Origin: Welwitschia mirabilis
Taxonomy: Eukaryota
Direction of reading: 5' to 3'
Length of the DNA stretch: 63,880 nucleotides
NCBI GenBank assembly: GCA_051453625.1
Contig: JBOZIK010000001.1
Location: 47,736,809-47,800,688, forward strand
Part shown: in pieces, positions 38,730 through 49,929 of the stretch
Layout: each line of letters begins with the position of its first letter
How positions within the stretch are numbered: position 1 is the first letter of the stretch
Made by a program: the position numbers and the translations under genes
The notes under the pieces: generated by a model
What the model saw: only the letters and a program-made list of their open reading frames with translations
What the model was told of the DNA's origin: nothing
Databases searched by the model: none

Positions 38730-41700
38730 ATTTTCTTAATAGAAACTTGTCTACCCCTATAGTTTTTAGATCTATCACTAACTCAAATGAATTATAGGAG
38801 ACTTTATTAGACCTAAACAAACTCTAAGGGACTACCTTCAATGCAATACAAATCATTCATACCTCCTAAATCCTTTTGAAACTAGATAGATCTTGAAGAG
38901 TATCTTCAATCTTATCCATACATAGGTCAATCTCCTTGTAATGCTAAATTTTAAAATTCATATATTAACCAATAGTATCTTGATCCTATGTCGTCTATCA
39001 TTCTTTACAATCCTTAAAACTTCATCATTCTTTTCATATTTATTATCCTTTGACCCTTACCATTCATTTTCTTTTAATATCCTTCATCATATAATCATTA
39101 CTGATTATCTTCATATATCCAACAAACCACCTCACCTTCCTTTAAAGATACCTTCTAAATATTTTTAGAATATGCTTTCAACATAATTCAAACCCCTTAA
39201 TAATCTTTGAAGACAACCACAAATAAAATAAAGGCAAACATTGAGAAAATTATTTAACAAATAGCCCAAATTAATAGTTAAATACTTAAGGCTCTTAACC
39301 AATAACAAGAAGAAAATAATCTTCCTACATTCCATGAACATAAAAGTGTTAAAAAGTTTTAATAAATTAATGAGACTAGAATTAATGATACTCAAACTGT
39401 ATTCCTTAGTAATGAAGAAACCCATGATGAAACCAACAAGAATATCCAAGAGAACCTTGAGTTTTGAAATGCCTTACAAAATAAATGATTATGTGAAAAT
39501 AAGATGTACTTCAAAGTAGGATTAGACACATGAAATAACAATCAATCAATAGTAAGTAAGTAATCATTTGAAAAATACTAAAAACTAGATAACTATACAA
39601 TCGAGGATGAAAAAAACATCAATAAGAAAAATAGTAAACCATAAAATATGTTGCCTATGTAACCTCATGACAAAGAATTCTTTAGCAATTTAACTAAATA
39701 AGATAATATTAGCCAAGATATTATTCATCATCCATCCTTTGAAAAACCTTTATTTCAATAAGACTTAAATCTTAATGATAAAGAAAAACTCTCTATACCT
39801 ATAGAACCATATTTTGATAATTTTCTTAATAATCATTCATCTTCTCCAATGGTCTCTAACACATCTTTGCTTTCATCCCAAAATAATATCTTGCATGAAT
39901 TATTGAATAAATAGGAACATGCTAAGGAATGGAAGATTTTTTATTTTAAATGCATTAATTTTACTACTAGNNNNNNNNNNNNNNNNNNNNNNNNNNNNNN
40001 NNNNNNNNNNNNNNNNNNNNNNNNNNNNNNNNNNNNNNNNNNNNNNNNNNNNNNNNNNNNNNNNNNNNNNNNNNNNNNNNNNNNNNNNNNNNNNNNNNNN
40101 NNNNNNNNNNNNNNNNNNNNNNNNNNNNNNNNNNNNNNNNNNNNNNNNNNNNNNNNNNNNNNNNNNNNNNNNNNNNNNNNNNNNNNNNNNNNNNNNNNNN
40201 NNNNNNNNNNNNNNNNNNNNNNNNNNNNNNNNNNNNNNNNNNNNNNNNNNNNNNNNNNNNNNNNNNNNNNNNNNNNNNNNNNNNNNNNNNNNNNNNNNNN
40301 NNNNNNNNNNNNNNNNNNNNNNNNNNNNNNNNNNNNNNNNNNNNNNNCCAAAATAATATCTTGCATGAATTATTGAATAAATAGTAAAATGCTAAGGAAT
40401 GGAAGATTTTTTATTTTAAATGCATTAATTTTACTACTAGTGTTAATGTTTTTCCAACCTTTTTGGATTTATGCATAAGTATCTATTAGTATTCTCTCTC
40501 ATCTTTGAATGCTTTTCATTATTCTAACTCAATATCTAATTGTTGCATTCACCATGTTAAGCCATCATGCACCAACTACCTTAGAAAATTCCTTGCAGAA
40601 TTTTTAGCTTCATTGTATACTTATAAGTTAAAATTTTCTTTTAGAGTAGATTTTTCTTTCAAAATAGATATTAGTTTTAAAAAATTAAAAATGCTAAAAA
40701 ATTTATGCTTGATGCTCTTTTCCATCATAAACCACCTAAGAACTGCCACCTTTATAATCACTACCTTTAATATTTTTAAGAAAGTTCTAAGTATCACTTG
40801 CACTGTTGAATAAATCATCATTAGCTCAAACTCCATCATCCATACCTTTCATTTTCATTGTTCCTCCTTAAGTTCATTAATCATATTTTTATTCCATCCA
40901 TCTAAAAGTATCTAATATTAAATGATCTTGGTTGATGGAATTAATAAAATAAACCACTAATAATTGATCACATTATTGTTATGAATTACGTAGAATTTAA
41001 GTTTACTTGTAGTTTTTTAAGAAAAGGTATTGATTATTTTTGAGTTAAATTGTTAAAGTTAGTTTCACTTAAGGTCTTCTAATTGGAAAAACTAGATGAA
41101 TTAATATAGAATATACTTTCATGTTATGTTAATTGTTTTTAAAGCATTTTATGGAAAAAAATATATCCCTTAACTAGGATAATGCGCTAATGACCCTTTC
41201 ATGTACATTAAAACTAATTAAATATGAGAAGAAGTAATTAAAAGAAAATGAAAAATATTCTCTCCAATGATCAATTAAAAATTAGGCTTAGTTGATTACA
41301 TCAGGGCTATGGATGCTTATTGGGAATGTAGATCTAACAATTTATTTTACAACATGTTCAACTACATCAGGGCTATTAATGCTCACTAGTAATGCAACAC
41401 TAACTCCTTTATATGCTAAGATGTTTAACTCTATTGGAAAGAGACGCTATAATACTAAATGCCTAATTTGATCTAAATTCTTAAAACAAGGAATAAGGCA
41501 TGATCATGAAAAAAGTTAAAAGTGGATTAAGAAATGTGGAATTTGGAGATTCTCTTGTGTTTACTTTCCTTAACTTGTGTACTTGAAGATTGACTTAACT
41601 AATTTTAGATTACTTATAGGTTTAGTTAGGGGATACCTTATTTAGTTGATCTAGTGACATATTTTTAATGTAGAATAAATATAACAAAAATTTCAATAAA

Positions 41701-43588
41701 TGTGGCCATTAAATTTGGTGTTCTATCTTTTGAATTTGTAGATGATGTATTTTCATAAAAGTTTCATATTTTGGATTCCCTTAGATTGTAGTATGATTTT
41801 CCCTAGATACTTACATAAAGATCATTTGCTAGCCTTTTGTATAAAAAATCATGTAATGTAATGGTCTTATTTTCAAAATCTTTTATGAAATTTTTTATCT
41901 TTGTAACTTTAAGAATAAAGTTTAATTTTGGTATGAAGGTATGACATCCATTTTTACAGAATTTTTTGATTTTGATGTTGAATTTGTCAATTTGATCAAG
42001 ATTTTTTTAAAAAATGATAACATTTCTATATTTAAATGATTTTACTTAGATAATTTCTCCATTTTCATCATTCCTTTATCAAAATTTTACTAAGGAACTA
42101 GCAAAAGTCTAGTTATGAGGTGTGTTTACATATAAAAATTGACATCATAAGTAAGTATAATTAATTAATTTATCATAGAGAGAAATATTAAAATGCATTA
42201 TTTTATCACATACTAATGTATTTTGCCTTTTTATTATTTTTCATATAATTACAAGTTTCCTCATAACATTCTTAGATTTAATATTGTCTATTTAAAAAAA
42301 TATTACAAAATGAAGACAATCCAGTAAAAAATGCTAATGCCATTAGTTAGGACCATCAACACTACCGGTCTTCTAAGGAAAACACATTTAAAACTCATGT
42401 TTCTAAGCTTGTTTATGGTGTTCATCATTTTTCACCTAGGGACTAAGTCAGAATTGGATTTAAAATAAATATTAAGCTCTGACTACACTTGGCGGAAGAA
42501 CAAAATGACACATCGCAGTGACATGTGGTAGCAACAAGGATGATCACATGTAAGATACATGATATGGCATCCATTGGTAGCATCATCAGTAGTCATAAGA
42601 CATTTCATCATGATGTTTGTGTAAAAAGATAAAGAATATTTCTTTGTGGATACATTCCAAAAATTGTAATTCCTCCTTAAGTTATTACTCATTATAATCC
42701 CCCTTATGTAACAATCCCTCTTATGTTCATCTAAAGAAACCATGACAAAGTTTCACTTATCTATAAAAGGCTAAGTCTCCATTGTAAAGCTATTTTGGTT
42801 TGCTGAACATGAAAAAGAATTGGAGCACTAGGACATCATGATGTTATAATCATTGTTGTTGGGAGTAAAAATGTTTAAGGAAAGTTGGGAAGCCTTTTTT
42901 CTTCACTTTTCTATATTTGATATAATATATTTCTTTTAGCTTTAATATAAGAATTGGTTTTATTTTTTAAATTATTAATGACCATGCATGTGGTATTAGT
43001 AATTTTTAGGTGAAGCTAGTTCTTAAGTAGATTCATTCTTTCATTATTAATGCATAGAAATAGGTATTAGCAATTTTTAGGTGAGCTTACTTGATTATCA
43101 AGTTCTTTCATACTGAGTGAGGTATTTGAGATTACTTCTAACATATCATAGTCACTATTGTTTAATAAATCCTCTGCATCTTTGTTCATACTTTCCATAC
43201 TTATGAAGGGCTATGAAGAATCAGTGGAACTCGATAAATCACCAACACTCATGTAGTGGATGATATTATGCCTCCACACTGAGCCCTAATGACTTGATAA
43301 TTTGTAGAGGTGTTTTAAGATACAAGAAACATCAGAGTGGATGTGGAGTAAAGGATGAATCAGTTAGACCTTAGAGCACTTTTGTTTTCTAATAACATCG
43401 ATCAAAGATTACTTGCATTTCAACTTTTTGATTTTCATTTTGTTTGAGTTTTTATTACAAGCTAGAATAATCTTCTTTTTGTTATTTAGTTACCACATAT
43501 ATCCTTATGGAAGAATGATACTAGGTTCTCACCTAGCTAAATCTAGTTCACTACAATACACTAAATAGTAATCCTCCAACTAGCATCA
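38730..43588 (+). mobile_element. Second Athila-like internal region with 3' LTR (5' LTR absent)
   Basis: Athila-type pre-LTR signature ctaaggaactagcaaaagtctagttatgaggtg (~42090-42122), then a TG start at 42123, TATA ctataaaagg at 42761 and an end at ...tagcatca 43588. A gag-like TLRDY lies at ~38821-38836. No RT recognised. Confidence 0.5.
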
Positions 43589-43947
43589 CTTTCAATCTAA
43601 CTCTTTGACATAAGTATTTGCCAAAGTTTATTTAAGTTGATTTATATCATCATAAATTTTATTGTTACCTTGCTTTAGGATTTAATCTTTTATTTGAAAG
43701 AGCAAAAATGTTTATAAATAGAAGTAAAACATTTTAGAATTAAAGGAAATAAGAAAGATAAAAGTTATTAATATTAATCAAATTATAGGGGGTGCATAGG
43801 TACAAATAAGGAAATTAACTAGTGATTATAGGTAAGGAACAACTACCATCAAGTTCCACTCCTCTAGGACATGCCGAGCGGTGAGTTAAGTTTTGTTGTA
43901 GGATTACTTACTTCTTGTTTATTCCTATTTAACATTAAATACAATGC

Positions 43948-44025
43948 TCATATGTAACCATTAGGCCTCTTTATTACAATTGTGTCTCATGCAACCATTA
44001 GACCTCTTTATTACAATTGTATCTC
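43948..44025. repeat. Two-copy direct repeat (~38 bp)
   Basis: atg(t/c)aaccattag(g/a)cctcttt(t)attacaattgt(g/a)tctc occurs twice. Confidence 0.85.
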
Positions 44026-45049
44026 TTTTACAAGGGATAGACCCCTTTGTATAGTGTATCTCAATTTAGTTAATAAGGTTTTTTTATTAATATGTATGTA
44101 CTTATAAAATTTTTTTGAATTCCTTACAATGATTACTTATATTCATGTGAGGATTTTTACCTATCTCAAATGTGATATATGATCTTTTAAAGTTAAATAT
44201 TCTTCACCAACTTTTAATTATGTCTTCTTTGAATGACTAAGTTTTCCATCCATTTTTTATTTCCCATAATCTTCTTCTATTCCAAATATATAGTTGCTCC
44301 ATGCATTTAAAAATTCATACTCAAAGGGATAAAGAGTGGCTTCATCATTAACTTTAAGACTTTGTCTCTCTAAAATAAATAAATAAATTAAAAATAGCTG
44401 TGACTTGCATTAATGATTCTTGGATCCTTTAACTCTATAGTTTTCTTTATTTACTTCTATATAGTTTTCTTTAATAATCTTATGCCATTTTGCAGTATAG
44501 TNNNNNNNNNNGATCTTATATGTGCTAGCATTACTTCAACATTCATGTAGTTTACATCTGCCACATCACTTAAAAACATAATGATTTTGCTTATAGGCTA
44601 CCATAAATGAAAAACTAAGGTGGTCTACATGCATTTAGAATTTCATGATCTATAATTGTTAGTAGACCTACATGCTTAAGAAAACCATCATTTTGCATCA
44701 TGAAGTCATAAAGGTCAAGTACACGATCATCTATAAAATTGAATTAAATAAGAATAAAAGATATTTGATAAGATTATTACATTTTATATGTGTTTTAGAA
44801 ATAGAAAGTTGGGTATAATTGTGGTGATTTCTTAATGGTATGGACTTAAATTTCATTTTAATAAAGTTTAAGTTAAGGAAAGATCATGTCCTATAAAACT
44901 TTTAGGATAGTTATGTAGGAAATTATAAATATTTTTTAAAAATTCATTTAGATAATTTATAAATGATGATAATATGGATTATAATTGCAATAAGAGTGGT
45001 TTTGATTACTACATATGTGTAAATTTATAGAGACTGCAGATTTTCTTTA

Positions 45050-47079
45050 TGAGGATTATTAAACTCAGAGGGAAGGCATGAATGAGTTCCATCAAATAAT
45101 ATATAACCAGACAAATAATCAAAATCATAAAATTAAATCTTCTTGATTTACCTGGTTTCNNNNNNNNNNNNNNNNNNNNNNNNNNNNNNNNNNNNNNNNN
45201 NNNNNNNNNNNNNNNNNNNNNNNNNNNNNNNNNNNNNNNNNNNNNNNNNNNNNNNNNNNNNNNNNNNNNNNNNNNNNNNNNNNNNNNNNNNNNNNNNNNN
45301 NNNNNNNNNNNNNNNNNNNNNNNNNNNNNNNNNNNNNNNNNNNNNNNNNNNNNNNNNNNNNNNNNNNNNNNNNNNNNNNNNNNNNNNNNNNNNNNNNNNN
45401 NNNNNNNNNNNNNNNNNNNNNNNNNNNNNNNNNNNNNNNNNNNNNNNNNNNNNNNNNNNNNNNNNNNNNNNNNNNNNNNNNNNNNNNNNNNNNNNNNNNN
45501 NNNNNNNNNNNNNNNNNNNNNNNNNNNNNNNNNNNNNNNNNNNNNNNNNNNNNNNNNNNNNNNNNNNNNNNNNNNNNNNNNNNNNNNNNNNNNNNNNNNN
45601 NNNNNNNNNNNNNNNNNNNNNNNNNNNNNNNNNNNNNNNNNNNNNNNNNNNNNNNNNNNNNNNNNNNNNNNNNNNNNNNNNNNNNNNNNNNNNNNNNNNN
45701 NNNNNNNNNNNNTTTCTTAACCTAGGTACATACATAAATAAAGAATAGCTTTCTTTCATACCTTTAAATATTCTTAACCCATAAGGAGAAACACCTATCT
45801 TAAAACTAAATGAGATGCTCCTCTTAAGTTAATAATTTTTTTCTTAAGGATTTTAACAAATCAATGTTTAAAAGTACTCTCAAACACTTATCAAATATCA
45901 TGAAGCATACCCTATAAGGACTGACTTACACCTTGGAATTTCTAAGCAAGGGATCCTAGAAAAACATATTGATAAAAATGATTAACAAATCAAATAGTCT
46001 AATAGAGAAATATACTAACACTATAACAAAAGAAGAACAAGCCTAAAATAATATGCCAAGTGTAACTACTTAAGTTTTTTTTTTCAATGTAGTCACTTAC
46101 AAGCTTTAAATATTAATGTTATGAGAGTGAATGAGCATAGAGATACAAATGTCTTCAATGACAGTACCCTTTGGTTAAGTTAGAAAGATTTTAGCTTATG
46201 AAGTTTTAAAATTAATTTGTCAAAAAGTGCTTAAATAATCTTGTTTTATGCCTTTTGTACTTTTTAAGTAATCTTATCCATTAACCTAGGAATATGATCA
46301 TTTGAATTAGTTTGCATCCCTTTCAATAACCATAAATGGCTAATTTCCATTATTTAATGACTATTTTTTAATTTGTGTTAATTTTAGTATAGACATCTTC
46401 AATCTCATAGACATGTTTCAGGTAATGTCTTTAATTCTTGTAAATATCTTTCATGTAAATGCATTTAACATGACAACATTTTCCATACACTTGTCCAAAT
46501 TCCAATGAGATTATCATTTTTATAATGCTCTAGAATCATGAATTCATTATGCAAGACTTGCCTAGATCCCTAGAAAAATCAATGAATCATCACTTTTGTT
46601 CTATTAGAATAAAATTTCACCTATCACCTGTTTCAATTTAGTATAGACATGCCCTCATAATAGACATCTTTGATTAGTGAATTTACTGTAGATGTCTTTC
46701 ATCTGGTATATATCTTTACTTTTGATTTAAACTTATTTTTAGTATAGATGTCTTTCCTTCTAATTTAGTACCACTTTCAATGTAAACGTCTTCAAACCTA
46801 TAGATGTCTTTATCATAAACATGTTTAACACTGTAGACATCTATGATTAATCTCATTTAAACTTGATGAATTCTAAAATAAGTATTCTTCATCCTTAAAG
46901 CATTATAAATCTCTTGAGAATATCTTGTATTATGCCTTAGAAAATGATTTTTGCTGAGTATGATCTGTGCTTACATTTTAAGACCTGCCAACCTGAGAGG
47001 TATCTTTAGATTCTATTTTTCGATTAAAACACATTGTATTTAATAACTAAAATCATTAAAACTAGGATTTTTTTAAATA
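45050..47079 (-). repeat. Sirevirus A 3' LTR (includes a 553-N gap)
   Basis: tgaggattattaaactcagagggaagg... colinear with 54778-56340. Followed by atcctcctttttaatgatg (PPT). Confidence 0.88.
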
Positions 47080-47549
47080 ATCCTCCTTTTTAATGATGTC
47101 TAAAATGTGATAAATCCTACTAAGGTAACCTTTGATAGTTATAATTGAAAGAGCAAACAATTAAAAATAAATTATATTGATAATACTATTTAGTATAAAA
47201 ATTTTACAATATCTAATAAGAGAATCAATTTAATTGAAAAGTTTTATAGTTAAAATCATGGTAAAATCATTATATGTGATTGTCCAATATGTGATAACTA
47301 CCAAAAGACATATCATAATCATAATTAGTATATAAACTAATGAAAATAATATAATAAGTTTTGAGAAAACAACAAAGATAAAGTGTAAGATAACATCATG
47401 TATGCACAAAATCAAAAGTAAACATCAAGAATGATATCACTCATAAGAGAATTTAATTCACATCTCAAGTCCACTACCTAAAAGACTCATATAAATTCCC
47501 TAATAGATTTGTTGTTTTCTTCGCTTTATTGGATAGCACAAAAGACCTA

Positions 47550-49250
47550 ATCACTGATAATAGGGTCACTGATGTAGTGATATTCATCCCCTATGCTATC
47601 ATTATCCCTATTAGTATCATGTGTAATGGAAGTTCAAATGGTGTAAGAGGATGATGAGATCGGTGAAGGAGTGAGTTGTTTCTGTAACAACCTCTACAAT
47701 GAATTCTCATAACCTTATGAGGTTTGTTTCCTCATATGAGTATATATTTGAGGGGTGATGGAGGTGCCAAAAAGACTAGCAGAAGTAGTAGAAAAACTAG
47801 ATCTATAAAATGAAGTAATATTGAGTAACAAAGCATGGATAGGAGATGGTAATGATGATAAAGATGGTAAACAAGGTGGTGAGGGAATACATGACTGTGA
47901 TGGATCTAGTAATGATGAATAAGATTATACAGGATGGTAGATAAGAAGTTTAAAATGTAATCTATGAAAGATAAGTTTCTCATCATCCAAATCATATAAC
48001 TTGCTATGATGCTATTGTGATAGAAGCTGGTTCTTCTCTTAAACCTATGCTTCCTCCTTATTAGGCTTAGATGCAGCTAGTTCCTCTAACTTCTTTTTCT
48101 TATATAAGTCATAGCCTATGCCTCTAGGTGCTAGAGGATCCTCTATCTCTAATTACTTAACTAAATTTGAGCATGTGGAAGTTTCCCTGATCTCCCAACT
48201 ACTAGCGAACATATCCTTCTTACTAATTATGTCTCTGTGATTCTTTAAGTATAACAAATTTTTAGTAATCTTATCAACCATCTTTGCAATAACATAGAAA
48301 TCTTTCTTCAATAAGAAATAACTAGTGAAGAAATAACTATGTAACCCTATAGATTCAAATCTATGAAATTATTGCTTTAGGAACCTTCTACTTGTGCCCT
48401 TACATCATTGAATTGAAATACATCTATTCTTGCTAACTTTTGTGAGTGGCTTCTTTGGCCATATTAGATTTACCTAAGAAACTATAATACAAGCATTACT
48501 AATGATAAGGCTAATCAGACATGAATGACCTAAAGCTTGGCCTTCACATATAATGTAATAATATCCATGTAAAGAACAAACCAATATCAATACTAAACAT
48601 TGTAAGAAAGTAATATACAATAAATATATATACAGAATTATAGTAGCTATAACTATCTATTCTAATTAAAATATTGTAAAATGAGATCAAGCTCAAAATA
48701 GGGTCATTGAAACCATGTATTTTCACTTAATATTTTCATAAAAACATAGTTTCAAATTGTTGAATATAATAGTGCTCAAGATGTGACATGTCACTCTAGC
48801 TACTTTACATCTCAAATGTCTTAAAATATATGCATGAATAATTGATGGAGATCAAAATCATCTATTTTAAGTAGACTATTAATGATACTAGAAGATAAAA
48901 ATAGAGATGTACCTCTAATTTACATTTGAAAGTTGCTTATAAAGTCATTAATTTCATGGGAATTGACATAAAACTCATGTACTAATGGATTAGGAATGCT
49001 TTAGTTTAGCTTAACTAGTATTTTTCATCTAAGACAAGAGATATAGGCTAGAATCTAATATTTCTATGTTTCTAAAACCCTAATGTTCTTTTTGAGATAA
49101 TGAAATTCTTACTTCATAATTTAAACCCTTTTCCCACTAATTCATAATAGATGCAAGGCTCACATTAAGGTATCCATGATTCTTAGGTAAGATTCTTTTC
49201 TTTGGTTGATTTATATGTCTTCCTTCTTATCATTGTTAAGTAATATAATA
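47550..49250 (-). pseudogene. Sirevirus extra ('env-like') ORF remnant
   Basis: Lies between pol and the PPTs. Motif IPNPLVHEFYVN at 48962-48997, with a Pro/Ser-rich then acidic C-terminal segment. Colinear with elements B and C. Confidence 0.6.
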
Positions 49251-49929
49251 AGGAGAAACTAAAAAATTTGGAAAAAAACTAATAGTAGCAAGTAAAAATA
49301 TGCACCTGTGAAAGATTTCCACCTATTCTTACTCACTATGAAGACTTCTGCTAATCCAAAGAAAGTATATCCTAAGAAACCTAAGAAAATAAGAGCTTAT
49401 GGGCATATGACAAAGATATCTACTAAGTGGAGGAGTAAAAATGAAAGTTAGTAATCCTTTCTCACTTAAAAATGATCTCAAACCCTAGTTTTAGCTTTTT
49501 TTTTTTAATTTTTGGATTCATAGTACCAAAGATGTATATTACCTCAAAGATGTTTGAAATAAAAAAATTAGACATCTACCTATTTGAAGGATTTTTGTCC
49601 TACTTTTTAATAGCTAATAGTCAAAGATGTTTTTACCTTGAAAGGCTTCTTCATTATAGATGTCTATAGCTTCAAACATGTCTTCTTCATAGATGTCTGT
49701 AACTCTAAAAGATATCTCATGTAGATCTAAAAACTTCTAGATTTTCTACTATAAATGTCATTATTAAAAAAGTTTAACTCAAAAATAAGAAGATCAAAAG
49801 AAGCAAGCTAAGTCTATTTAAACAAAAAATACAAGGTAAGCTTTAAGTACTTTATTATCATAACTCAAAAAAAAATTATAAGTAATGCATTGAGTGGAAA
49901 TTAAAGAAATATTACCTACTATCTTATCT

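Larger units (their letters stand above)
27549..38730 (-). mobile_element. Sirevirus element C: 3' LTR split by a gypsy insertion, plus PPTs and part of the extra ORF
   Basis: LTR pieces 27549-27878 and 36015-37043 rejoin to read aag-atag(c/t)-attactctc (cf. aaggtagcactctctc). PPT atctccccctttttggtgatg at 37044. Internal homology to elements A and B is lost near 38730. Confidence 0.8.

Noticed and set aside
44200..45049. Chromodomain or integrase tail continuing the 56850-57640 gypsy remnant across element A
   Set aside because: Positionally plausible, but I could not read a convincing motif.
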